From Escherichia phage vB_EcoM_PTE-Eco09, in the sequence record PQ306574.1: DNA of 64,000 nucleotides; one strand, given 5' to 3'. Shown piece after piece: positions 55,118-63,660 of the stretch. A program made the translations under genes and the position numbers. Every line of letters begins with the position of its first letter. Positions within the stretch are counted from its first letter, which is position 1. The notes beneath the pieces were generated by a model. It searched no databases and was not told where the DNA came from. It was given only the letters and a program-made list of their open reading frames with translations.

Positions 55118-55765
55118 ATGAACTTACAAAAACTACATGACGCAATCATAGAAAAAGCAAAGACGAGAGGAACCGTTGAAGGGTATAAGGAAACACATCA
55201 TATTTTACCGCGATCTATGGGTGGCGGTGATGAAGTTGATAACCTGATTGAGTTGACAGCAAAAGAACATTTCGTGATTCATCATCTGCTAGCAAAAATT
55301 CATGGTGGACCTATGGCACAAGCATTTGGTATGATGTGTTTAGCAAAAAATGCGAAGACCAATAAAAGAGATTATATTGTTTCGTCTAGGGTATATGAAC
55401 AAGCTAGGGTACTTATCTCTGAACAAAGAAAGGGCAAACCTATGAAAGAAGAAACGCGAAGAAAGATTAGCGAATCTTCGAAAGGTGTGTTGAAATCAGA
55501 AGAGACAAAAGCTAAAATGCGTAAGCCAAAAACAAAGGAGCACGCGTTAAACATTTCAAAAGCTAGAATGGGCAGTAAAAATCCTATGTTTGGGAAACCA
55601 TCGCCAACTAAAGGAATACCACATAGTGAGGAAATGAGAAAGCTGATTGCACAAAGGACAAAGGAAGCAACAATGGCAGATCCTTGTCCGCATTGCGGTA
55701 AAATTACCAATAAAGGCAATTCTCTACGATGGCACTTTGATAACTGTAAAATGAGGAATATGTGA
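55118..55765 (+). CDS. mobE: HNH homing endonuclease with NUMOD3-like repeats (MobE-like)
   Basis: HNH motif HHILPRSMGGGDEVDNLIELTAKEHFVIHH; repeated ...R.KIS.S.KG... NUMOD3-like units; located between nrdA and nrdB like T4 mobE. Confidence 0.75.
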   Translation: MNLQKLHDAIIEKAKTRGTVEGYKETHHILPRSMGGGDEVDNLIELTAKEHFVIHHLLAKIHGGPMAQAFGMMCLAKNAKTNKRDYIVSSRVYEQARVLISEQRKGKPMKEETRRKISESSKGVLKSEETKAKMRKPKTKEHALNISKARMGSKNPMFGKPSPTKGIPHSEEMRKLIAQRTKEATMADPCPHCGKITNKGNSLRWHFDNCKMRNM

Positions 55766-56932
55766 ATGGGAAATACGGTATTTAATCGTGAACACGTTGA
55801 TATTATGAATGAACCGATGTTTCTGGGCAGCGGTTTAGGTATCGCTCGTTATGACATTCAGCGTCATCAAGTATTTGAAGAATTAATTGAAAAATCTCTG
55901 TCATTTTTTTGGCGCCCCGAAGAAATTTCACTTGCAACCGACCGCATTCAATATCTTAATATGGGTGACGTTGAAAAGCGTTTCTTTACTGAAAACTTGA
56001 AGTATCAGACATTACTTGATTCTATTCAAGGTCGCGCACCGTCCGCAGCATTTGGTCCAATTGTATCTGATCCAACTCTCGATACATGGTTGCAAACATG
56101 GACATTCAGCGAAACGATTCATAGCCGAAGCTATACACACATTATGCGTAACTGTTTCATTGATCCGGCTAGTGAGTTCGACCAGATCATCGATAACCCT
56201 GCTATCATGAAGCGAGCGGAATCTATCGGGAAATATTATGATGATGTTCTTTATTGGATTCGTAAGTATGAGAATGCAAAAGAAGATCTCCGCTATTGGG
56301 AAGAACGAGACGACCAGACAGCATTAGATGATGCAAGAAGATTTTTTGAAGATACAAAACGAGATCTGATGGCTTCGATTTATCTGTGTGCACACTGCGT
56401 AAATGCACTGGAAGCAATCCGTTTTTATGTGTCCTTTGCATGTACTTTCAGCTTTGCCGAACGTGGTTTACTGGAAGGTAACGCGAAGATCATGAAATTT
56501 ATTGCGCGTGATGAACAACTTCACTTAAAAGGAACACAATACATTATTCGTCAATGGCAAACGGGGGTTGATGGTGATGAGTGGAAACAGATTGCGGAAG
56601 AACTTGAAGGCGAAGCAACGAAAATCTTTCTGGATGTTGTCGAGCAAGAAAAAGAATGGGTAGACCACCTATTCGCAATGGGGGCAATTCCTAACCTGTC
56701 ACCGGAAATTCTGAAAACCTATGTAGAATACCTGGCAGATTCCCGTATGCGTGCTGCCGGACTGAAAAGCCCGTTTAGTGTTCGTCGTCATCCGTTACCG
56801 TGGATGCGTAAATGGTTGAACTCTGACGAAGTACAGAATGCAGCGCAGGAAGTAGAGATTATGTATCTGGTATCTCAGGTTAATACCGATTTAACAGACG
56901 ACGACTACAACCGATTCGGGAAATATCTATGA
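55766..56932 (+). CDS. nrdB: ribonucleotide reductase small subunit NrdB (uninterrupted)
   Basis: 388 aa; di-iron ligand regions (SETIHSRSYTHI, EAIRFYVSF, DEQLHLKG); continuous ORF. Confidence 0.85.
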   Translation: MGNTVFNREHVDIMNEPMFLGSGLGIARYDIQRHQVFEELIEKSLSFFWRPEEISLATDRIQYLNMGDVEKRFFTENLKYQTLLDSIQGRAPSAAFGPIVSDPTLDTWLQTWTFSETIHSRSYTHIMRNCFIDPASEFDQIIDNPAIMKRAESIGKYYDDVLYWIRKYENAKEDLRYWEERDDQTALDDARRFFEDTKRDLMASIYLCAHCVNALEAIRFYVSFACTFSFAERGLLEGNAKIMKFIARDEQLHLKGTQYIIRQWQTGVDGDEWKQIAEELEGEATKIFLDVVEQEKEWVDHLFAMGAIPNLSPEILKTYVEYLADSRMRAAGLKSPFSVRRHPLPWMRKWLNSDEVQNAAQEVEIMYLVSQVNTDLTDDDYNRFGKYL

Positions 56933-57405
56933 TATATTTTGTCGATTTAGATTTTACGATCACAGATCCAACGCATCGACTAGCAAAGATGCCAACCGAA
57001 AATCTTGATAAAGTCGAGTCATGGATCGAATATAACAAAGCATGTGGGGGAGATTCCCCCATTTACGATGTAATTCGTGTTATTAATGCTCTTTCCGACA
57101 ACGGGCATTTGATTTACATCCTCACAGGACGAAGTTCACATGCTTACATGGAAACAATTGATTGGTTAATTTCTAACGGGGTGTGTTTTGATAAAATCTT
57201 TATGAGAGGCCGTACCGATTCCCGTAAAGACTATCACATCAAATTAGAGGTAATTAAATCCTTTGATAAAGATGAAGTTGTCGGAGTCTTTGAGGATAAC
57301 CCAGAAGTGATTAAAGTTTTGCGTGAAAATGGTTATCGTGTCTTTGACGTAGGAAATCACAAAGATAAGACGCGAGCGGATATTGCAAATCACGGTCATG
57401 ATTAA
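56929..57405 (+). CDS. HAD-superfamily phosphatase/nucleotidase-like protein
   Basis: HAD motif I FVDLDFTIT; later DN-type acidic motif; ATGA overlap with nrdB. Confidence 0.5.
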   Translation: MIYFVDLDFTITDPTHRLAKMPTENLDKVESWIEYNKACGGDSPIYDVIRVINALSDNGHLIYILTGRSSHAYMETIDWLISNGVCFDKIFMRGRTDSRKDYHIKLEVIKSFDKDEVVGVFEDNPEVIKVLRENGYRVFDVGNHKDKTRADIANHGHD

Positions 57406-57417
57406 TGTTTGTTCAAA

Positions 57418-57441
57418 GTCGCCCATAGTGGCGACTTTTTT
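57418..57441 (+). terminator. intrinsic terminator
   Basis: GTCGCC-CATAGT-GGCGAC followed by TTTTTTG. Confidence 0.7.
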
Positions 57442-57452
57442 GTTATTGGGTG

Positions 57453-57481
57453 TTGACAATCGGATCGGGGTATAGCATAAT
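57453..57481 (+). promoter_or_regulatory. sigma70-like early promoter
   Basis: TTGACA-17 nt-CATAAT, then GCACCCATCGAAACGGAGGA. Confidence 0.55.
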
Positions 57482-57505
57482 GCACCCATCGAAACGGAGG
57501 AACAT

Positions 57506-57724
57506 ATGGAAACAGAAGAACAAGTCATTGCATATTTTCATCGTAAAAAGATGAAACTTAGAATCGAAAAGCAGTACATCAATCACTACATTGACCGAGT
57601 TCACTTAACAAGTACACCTTACCTATTCCGGTTGATAAACCCTAGAAAACGGTGGGAGAAGTTGGATAGAAACACAAAAATAATTGATAAGCTCACCCAG
57701 TGGTGGAATGAATACAACAAGTAA
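57506..57724 (+). CDS. hypothetical small protein
   Basis: 72-aa ORF. Confidence 0.45.
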   Translation: METEEQVIAYFHRKKMKLRIEKQYINHYIDRVHLTSTPYLFRLINPRKRWEKLDRNTKIIDKLTQWWNEYNK

Positions 57725-57731
57725 AAAGTAG

Positions 57732-57766
57732 TTGACACTGAATAACTGGGGTAGTAAGATACTCCC
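57732..57766 (+). promoter_or_regulatory. sigma70-like early promoter with palindrome around the -10
   Basis: TTGACA-17 nt-TAAGAT; GGGGTAG-TAAGA-TACTCCC; CATCGAAACGAAACAAAGGAGAATCA leader. Confidence 0.55.
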
Positions 57767-57793
57767 ATCGAAACGAAACAAAGGAGAATCAAA

Positions 57794-58012
57794 ATGAAAT
57801 TTACTTGCACCGACTCTATCAGCAAGCACTTTGTAGTAGGCGAAGTATACGAATCTACTACCATTCGCCAGCGTGACCTGATGGGTCGCCTTTACAATCA
57901 GCCAGTATTCATTATTGGCGAAGAATTGTTCTACATTGAAAACCGTCCGTGGGTTGCTTTCAATAAACGAGGACGCAAGGTAGCAAAATTCGAACTTGTC
58001 ATTAAAAAGTAG
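57794..58012 (+). CDS. hypothetical small protein
   Basis: 72-aa ORF. Confidence 0.45.
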   Translation: MKFTCTDSISKHFVVGEVYESTTIRQRDLMGRLYNQPVFIIGEELFYIENRPWVAFNKRGRKVAKFELVIKK

Positions 58013-58047
58013 TTGACAGCATGAAACGGGGGTAGTAATATACCCCC
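58013..58047 (+). promoter_or_regulatory. sigma70-like early promoter with palindrome around the -10
   Basis: TTGACA-17 nt-TAATAT; perfect inverted repeat GGGGGTA-GTAATA-TACCCCC; CATCGAAACGAAA leader. Confidence 0.55.
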
Positions 58048-58079
58048 ATCGAAACGAAATACACTTTAAGGAGAATCAA

Positions 58080-58229
58080 ATGAACAACTTTGACGCGGTA
58101 CTGAAAATGGCAATCGAAACTTACGCGGAGATCTCCGGCGAGAAAGTAGAGGACATTATCAAAGAATGTCAGAACTTTGAAAGCCAGACAGCCAAGAATG
58201 TTCAAATGTTGATGTTTGCGGTTGCATAA
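58080..58229 (+). CDS. hypothetical small protein
   Basis: 49-aa ORF with RBS AGGAG. Confidence 0.4.
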   Translation: MNNFDAVLKMAIETYAEISGEKVEDIIKECQNFESQTAKNVQMLMFAVA

Positions 58230-58237
58230 AAAAGCAG

Positions 58238-58272
58238 TTGACAGCATATCACGGGAGTAGTAAGATACTCCC
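58238..58272 (+). promoter_or_regulatory. sigma70-like early promoter with palindrome around the -10
   Basis: TTGACA-17 nt-TAAGAT; GGGAGTA-GTAAGA-TACTCCC. Confidence 0.55.
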
Positions 58273-58299
58273 ATCCCAAAACAACTAAGGAGTATCAAG

Positions 58300-58698
58300 A
58301 TGATTAAATTTCAAACTCGCAAAGACGTTCTGGACTTCGTTAAAGTTTTCGGTTACGCTGCATTGCAACATGCAATGGACAAAATGACCATCTCCCCAGA
58401 TCAGACTATGCTGATCCGTATGGTTAAAGCAACCGCCTACAAAAACGACATTACCCTCTCAGAAATCAACGACGGTAATACTGTCCGCGAGGTAATTGTT
58501 TCTTTCGAATCACCGAAAATTGGAGGTTTTCATACCACGATGTTAGGTGAAATCACTGTCACTGTATACGGGCAAGGTGGCGGAGTGTTTACCGTCAAAG
58601 AAGCAATGGAAAACGGAACACTGAACAAAGAAAAACTGGAATTTGTCCTGAAAATCATCAATGAGCGTAACGAAGCTCGCGATATTCTGGAAAGTTAA
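58300..58698 (+). CDS. hypothetical protein
   Basis: 132-aa ORF with RBS AGGAG. Confidence 0.5.
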   Translation: MIKFQTRKDVLDFVKVFGYAALQHAMDKMTISPDQTMLIRMVKATAYKNDITLSEINDGNTVREVIVSFESPKIGGFHTTMLGEITVTVYGQGGGVFTVKEAMENGTLNKEKLEFVLKIINERNEARDILES

Positions 58699-58705
58699 TA
58701 AGGTG

Positions 58706-58730
58706 GGCGGGAGAAATCCCGCCTTTGTTG
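58706..58730 (+). terminator. intrinsic terminator
   Basis: GGCGGGA-GAAA-TCCCGCC followed by TTTGTTG. Confidence 0.6.
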
Positions 58731-58748
58731 TGACGTGAGGAAAGGATA

Positions 58749-59210
58749 ATGATTAATGAGCTAATAGAAAACTATGGATTCGTTAAATATTCATGTTTAG
58801 AGTGTAAAGATGGTGACGTGATTCTACCGCCTCAGAAGAACCGTTTAAATGTTCTTTACGCTATTTCGGTTGATGATGAACTGGTATACATTGGTCAGAC
58901 TGTCAATCTCAGAAAGCGGATCAATTATTAACGGACTAGCATTAACAGACAAACACCAACAGCGGATACTCGCAAGAGTAAGAATATTCATAAGGCGCTA
59001 GAGGAAGGTAAGACAGTAACATTCTATTACCGCCAGTGCTTTGAGTTATATATTGAGAATCCAACGGGTAAAGATATTATAAGCACTGCCGATATCGAAG
59101 AACCTGTTTTGATCACCAAATTTAAACCAGAATGGAACACAAATTATGTCAACAAAAGAAAACAACAAAAAAGTTTTAGCATTGTTCAAAAATCTGATGG
59201 CACTATGTGA
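58749..59210 (+). pseudogene. GIY-YIG nuclease-like reading frame interrupted by an in-frame TAA (58929-58931)
   Basis: N-terminal VLYAISVDDELVYIGQTVNLRKRI (GIY...YIG...R); the same frame continues after the TAA through ...EEPVLITKFKPEWNTNY and overlaps the rnlA start. Confidence 0.5.
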
Positions 59211-60315
59211 CGGATCTGATACGTTCTATTACAAAGATGAAATTACGGCGATGCAAACCCGTATGCGCATTTTTAGCTATCTGTACTTGAGCAAACCTGA
59301 AATGTGGAATAAACCAGATGCGTTAGAGTGTCGCGGGATCATGTTTGAAATTGACGATAAAGGTCGTCCGGTCCGCATCGCATCTCGTCCTATGGAGAAG
59401 TTTTTTAATTTGGGTGAGAATGATCGCGCTCGCTTTAAGCCGGAAGATGTGGAAATGGTCATGGACAAAATGGACGGTAGTCTAGTAAGCACATACATTG
59501 ATAACGGCTATGTTCAGTTGAAGTCTAAAGCGGCCTTGTACTCAAGCCAGGCAGAGAGAGCAAACGGTCTTCTGTATTCAGAGAAGTATGCGGATCTACG
59601 CGCTAAGATTGCTGATATTGGGTCTGATTATACTTTCAACTTTGAATATACAGCGCCCAGCAACCGAATTGTTGTAGAATATTCTGAACCGTCGCTAACA
59701 CTTCTGAATGTACGCCATAACGTCACAGGAGAGTACGTACCGCATCAAATGCTATTTTCTGACGCAATCCTACGTCCTCATCTGGTAAATGCGTTACAGG
59801 TTGATTCAGCGCGTTTTAGCAATATTCTTGATGAAGTTCGGACCGCAGAAGGTATCGAAGGAATTGTTGCACGCACTAAAGACGGTCAAATGTTCAAAGT
59901 GAAGAGTGAATGGTATATTGGTGTGCATAACATTAAAAACACATCGATGTTTCCTAATAACCTGATCTACTATGTCGTAGAAAGCGAAACCGATGATTTG
60001 CGTGCTGCATATGAAGGCGAACCGGAAGCACTGGAACGAATCGAGCTATTCGAGGAAGCATTCAGGTCTATTCTTCGCAATGCCTTCACGACAGCAACAG
60101 AATTTTATAACGCACACGCGGGAGAAGACAGAAAGACATATGCATCAAATGCGACTATCGAATCACGTAAACATGGTGATGCACAAGCATATATTTTCAT
60201 GTGTCTGATGATTGCATTTGATGGTCTTGATTATGACCGTATTCTGGATTCAATGAAAACTTACTATCTACGGAATTATAAGAAACTTATTCCGGCTGAT
60301 AAGATTGATTGGTAA
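59146..60315 (+). CDS. rnlA: RNA ligase 1 (gene 63-type)
   Basis: 389 aa; LECRGIMFE, IASRPMEKFFNL, KMDGSLVS, FEYTAPSNRIV match remembered T4 Rnl1. Confidence 0.9.
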   Translation: MSTKENNKKVLALFKNLMALCDGSDTFYYKDEITAMQTRMRIFSYLYLSKPEMWNKPDALECRGIMFEIDDKGRPVRIASRPMEKFFNLGENDRARFKPEDVEMVMDKMDGSLVSTYIDNGYVQLKSKAALYSSQAERANGLLYSEKYADLRAKIADIGSDYTFNFEYTAPSNRIVVEYSEPSLTLLNVRHNVTGEYVPHQMLFSDAILRPHLVNALQVDSARFSNILDEVRTAEGIEGIVARTKDGQMFKVKSEWYIGVHNIKNTSMFPNNLIYYVVESETDDLRAAYEGEPEALERIELFEEAFRSILRNAFTTATEFYNAHAGEDRKTYASNATIESRKHGDAQAYIFMCLMIAFDGLDYDRILDSMKTYYLRNYKKLIPADKIDW

Positions 60316-60321
60316 TAATAA

Positions 60322-60344
60322 GCGGGGCTAGTTCCCCGCCTTTT
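60322..60344 (+). terminator. intrinsic terminator after rnlA
   Basis: GCGGGG-CTAGTT-CCCCGC followed by CTTTTG. Confidence 0.6.
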
Positions 60345-60359
60345 GTCGTTGGGGGTAAT

Positions 60360-60683
60360 ATGTCAAAGCTGATATACATTGTTATCATCTCTGTGTTGCT
60401 AGGGGTAGGTGGTAATATGTGGTGGGAAAATAAAAAGGAGGTAGATCGACTGAATCAGGAATTTACAGAGTATAAGAAAAAGACAGATGAAAAGATGAAG
60501 GTCGTAGACTCACTACAAAAGGAGATGTACGGAATAAGAACTAAGTTTGCAGAAGAACAAAACAAAGCAATGAAAGACGCTACACGAGGCTATGTAGTAG
60601 CACAAAAACCAAAGTTGGTAGAGAAACAGCTTAATGATTCATTTAAGGAGTTTACCGAAGAATTAAAGGAGGCTACTAAATGA
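60360..60683 (+). CDS. putative i-spanin (N-terminal TM plus coiled coil)
   Basis: 107 aa; TM LIYIVIISVLLGVGGNMWW then charged coiled coil; directly upstream of pseT, like T4 pseT.3. Confidence 0.55.
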   Translation: MSKLIYIVIISVLLGVGGNMWWENKKEVDRLNQEFTEYKKKTDEKMKVVDSLQKEMYGIRTKFAEEQNKAMKDATRGYVVAQKPKLVEKQLNDSFKEFTEELKEATK

Positions 60684-60799
60684 GCATAGAAATATTGCCT
60701 ACACAAGAGCAGATAAGCAATTTTAATCTGGTTGATTATCTGTGGATAGGTGCAAGCATTATTATCCTGATGGTGTTTTCAATTTTCGTGATACACTGG

Positions 60800-61132
60800 A
60801 TGTTTAAGAAAGCACATAAGAATTTTCAGACCTCCATAATCCATGTCTTCGCTTTGCCTATTGTATTTGCGCTTTCTTCGTGTACAATGGACCATTATTC
60901 ACAGGAACCGAAAGTACATCCTCCACTACCAGCACCAATAGAAAAAGTTGACATTGACCTGAAAGTGGATACAATAGACGGTAAACCTAGAGTTTCTATG
61001 TCGTGGGAGGACTCCCAAAAATTCAGAGTCTGGCTTGCGGATATTAAGAGATATACACTTGAAAGTAAGTTGATCATGTGTTATTATCGAAAAGAACTTA
61101 ATGAGGAACGGTGCAAACCGAAGGAGAAATAA
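60800..61132 (+). CDS. putative o-spanin lipoprotein (in-frame start within track ORF 60680-61132)
   Basis: MFKKAHKNFQTSIIHVFALPIVFALSSC looks like a lipoprotein signal with a lipobox; TAATG overlap with pseT. Confidence 0.45.
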   Translation: MFKKAHKNFQTSIIHVFALPIVFALSSCTMDHYSQEPKVHPPLPAPIEKVDIDLKVDTIDGKPRVSMSWEDSQKFRVWLADIKRYTLESKLIMCYYRKELNEERCKPKEK

Positions 61133-62010
61133 TGCCGAAATGTGAAGTGATTTTAACCGTTGGTTGTTCTGGGTCCGGTAAAACTACATGGGCGATGGAA
61201 ACATGTAAACGGTTTAGTAATTATCGTAATGTGAATCGTGATGATCTTCGTCTTATGTTGTTTGGTGTTGACTCACATTTGAAATACAAGTATACTAAGG
61301 AAAAAGAAAAGCTGGTAGAGTCTATTCAGAGAATGATTGCTCGTGAGACTCTATCACGCGGATTGAGTATCATTATCTCCGATACCAACCTGAAAGAAAA
61401 ACATCGTGTATTCTACAAAGAACTTGCAAAAGAATTTAACGCGGTGTATACTGAACAAGTGTTCAATGAATCATTTGAGACACTAAAGAAACGTAATTTC
61501 TATCGCGGTGAGAAAGCAATTCCACTTTCTCATTTGCGCAACCAATTTTATCTGATGCAGGAATATATGGGTCAAGAAGTATACAAACCGAATACCATGC
61601 TGCCAAAGGCAGTGATCTTTGATATTGATGGGACATTAGCGGATAAGGGCGGTCGTCATCCGTTTGACTGGACAAAGGTCAAAGAAGATAAACCTCGTCC
61701 GCAAGTGGTCGAAATGCTTAAACTGTATCGTGATAATGGTTATCGTATCATTACATGCTCAGGGCGTGAGGATGTTTGCGAAGAAGATACTCTGCAATGG
61801 TTGCGTGAACAGGGTATTGAACCGAGTGATCACTTTCAACGTGAAACTAATGATCGTCGTCCTGATCATGAAGTGAAGAAAGAGATCTTCTTCTCTGAAA
61901 TTGCACCGCGTTATCATGTTGTTTTGGCGGTAGATGACCGTGATCAAGTGGTTGACATGTATCGCTCAATTGGTGTAGAATGTTTTCAGGTTAACTACGG
62001 AGACTTTTAA
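61132..62010 (+). CDS. pseT: polynucleotide 5'-kinase/3'-phosphatase
   Basis: Walker A GCSGSGKTTWA; HAD phosphatase motif VIFDIDGTLA; C-terminus IGVECFQVNYGDF matches remembered T4 Pnk. Confidence 0.9.
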   Translation: MPKCEVILTVGCSGSGKTTWAMETCKRFSNYRNVNRDDLRLMLFGVDSHLKYKYTKEKEKLVESIQRMIARETLSRGLSIIISDTNLKEKHRVFYKELAKEFNAVYTEQVFNESFETLKKRNFYRGEKAIPLSHLRNQFYLMQEYMGQEVYKPNTMLPKAVIFDIDGTLADKGGRHPFDWTKVKEDKPRPQVVEMLKLYRDNGYRIITCSGREDVCEEDTLQWLREQGIEPSDHFQRETNDRRPDHEVKKEIFFSEIAPRYHVVLAVDDRDQVVDMYRSIGVECFQVNYGDF

Positions 62011-62213
62011 TGTTTACCGATAAACTCAAGCAATTAGGCGAAGCACTTGCTAAACGTGGTTTTAGTGTTGATATTGAACCAGCGCCAGTTATGCCGTTTA
62101 GCGATGAACGTCGCAGTGTATATGTCATCATGAGAAATAATCATGGTGTGAATACATTCAATGTAAAACAGTATAGCGACGGATCAGTAGAATACTTTCG
62201 CGTATACGGTTAA
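62010..62213 (+). CDS. hypothetical small protein
   Basis: 67-aa ORF, TAATG overlap with pseT. Confidence 0.4.
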   Translation: MFTDKLKQLGEALAKRGFSVDIEPAPVMPFSDERRSVYVIMRNNHGVNTFNVKQYSDGSVEYFRVYG

Positions 62214-62234
62214 TTAATATGTGAGGATTATATT

Positions 62235-62741
62235 ATGTTGTCACAAACTTACATGCAGATCGCCTATCTGATCGCAAAGAACTCTAAATGTGTTTCGTGG
62301 AAGGTAGGCGCACTGATCGAAAAAGACGGGCGAATCATTTCTACTGGATTTAACGGAACTCCAGCAGGGCAAGTAAATTGTAGCTGTCATGCACATAAAA
62401 ACGGTTGGCTGGATGATGACGGCAAAATGATCCCAGAAAAACGACCAGAGCATAGTGCATGGTCACAGAAAAACGAGATCCACGCTGAATTAAATGCTAT
62501 TTTGTTTGCTGCCCGTAGCGGTGTATCGATTGAAGGCGCTAGTATGTGGTGTACTGCTTCACCGTGTCCAGATTGCGCTAAAGCAATTGCAAACAGTGGA
62601 ATTAAATATCTATACTATTGCGACACATATGATCGAAATGGTGGGCGTGATTGGGCTGATATTCTGAATAATGCAGATATTACAATCACGCGTATTCCAA
62701 AAGCATTATTGACTGATTTGAAGGGTATTGATAATGACTGA
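62235..62741 (+). CDS. cd: dCMP deaminase
   Basis: Zinc-binding deaminase motifs HAELNAI and CTASPCPDCAKAI; 168 aa. Confidence 0.85.
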   Translation: MLSQTYMQIAYLIAKNSKCVSWKVGALIEKDGRIISTGFNGTPAGQVNCSCHAHKNGWLDDDGKMIPEKRPEHSAWSQKNEIHAELNAILFAARSGVSIEGASMWCTASPCPDCAKAIANSGIKYLYYCDTYDRNGGRDWADILNNADITITRIPKALLTDLKGIDND

Positions 62742-63048
62742 ACAAGTTGATAATATCGCACTTCGTGAAGCACTAAAGAAAATGTTTTCGGTCGGTACTC
62801 ACTCTTTTCAGTTTACTAAGAAAGATGGTACTGTCCGTGAGATGATCGCCACGCGAGATCCGGCACTGATGCCGTTTGAAACATACGAAAAGTGGTTAGT
62901 TCCGAATGTTGAAAAACCGCGTAAAGAATCAGAAACATCTTTGCCAGTATATGAAATTGCAGTTGAAGGTTTCCGTAGTTTTGGGCTTGATAGTCTGATT
63001 AATGTAGACGGGCTGACTCCAGCGCAGATCGTCGAAATTTATAAATAA
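62728..63048 (+). CDS. hypothetical protein
   Basis: 106-aa ORF. Confidence 0.45.
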   Translation: MIMTEQVDNIALREALKKMFSVGTHSFQFTKKDGTVREMIATRDPALMPFETYEKWLVPNVEKPRKESETSLPVYEIAVEGFRSFGLDSLINVDGLTPAQIVEIYK

Positions 63049-63089
63049 TTCATCATTAAACTGTATTGATTTGAAGAGGTAATAAAATT

Positions 63090-63413
63090 ATGACCGTTAA
63101 AACTCCTAAAGCACTTGGTGACTATGTGATCATTGAAGCTAAAGCAGAAAGCGCAGGGACAGAAGTAAAAAGCTCTATGGGGATCATTATTGAGCAAAAG
63201 CGCACTATGGGCGAGATTCCGCTGGTAGGTAAGATTATTGATATCGGTGAAACGGTAGATAAAGAATTGCTGGGTAAAACTGTTTTACTGCCACATGGCA
63301 AGATGAATAAAGTTCCTCATCCAGACGTTATTAACGGCGTTAAGAAGGAAGAAGAGATCGACCTGAAATGGACTGTAACACACAAACAGAATATTGTGGT
63401 AGTTTACGGTTAA
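63090..63413 (+). CDS. 31: GroES-like co-chaperonin (gp31-like)
   Basis: 107 aa; GDYVIIEA...GIII...VGKIIDIG...VLLPHGKMNKVPHPDV fits a GroES/gp31-like pattern; position after cd as in T4. Confidence 0.55.
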   Translation: MTVKTPKALGDYVIIEAKAESAGTEVKSSMGIIIEQKRTMGEIPLVGKIIDIGETVDKELLGKTVLLPHGKMNKVPHPDVINGVKKEEEIDLKWTVTHKQNIVVVYG

Positions 63414-63423
63414 TGATTTTAAA

Positions 63424-63449
63424 CGGCGGGAAATAATCCCGCCTATATT
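63424..63449 (+). terminator. intrinsic terminator
   Basis: GGCGGGA-AATAA-TCCCGCC followed by TATATTTT. Confidence 0.55.
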
Positions 63450-63495
63450 TTGGCTATATGATTTTGTAAGTTATTGATTATTAAGGAATTTTATT

Positions 63496-63660
63496 ATGAA
63501 AACTATGAATGTAAACATCCACGAAATCCATACCGAAGTATTCACCGAAGAAGACCAGTTTGGTGTATGGGTAAATCCTCATTCGATTACTATCGATATT
63601 CCTAATGACGATTATGATCCGTTCTCTCTGATTAGCGAGATTAGTTTTAATGACTTCTGA
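63496..63660 (+). CDS. hypothetical small acidic protein
   Basis: 54-aa ORF. Confidence 0.35.
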   Translation: MKTMNVNIHEIHTEVFTEEDQFGVWVNPHSITIDIPNDDYDPFSLISEISFNDF

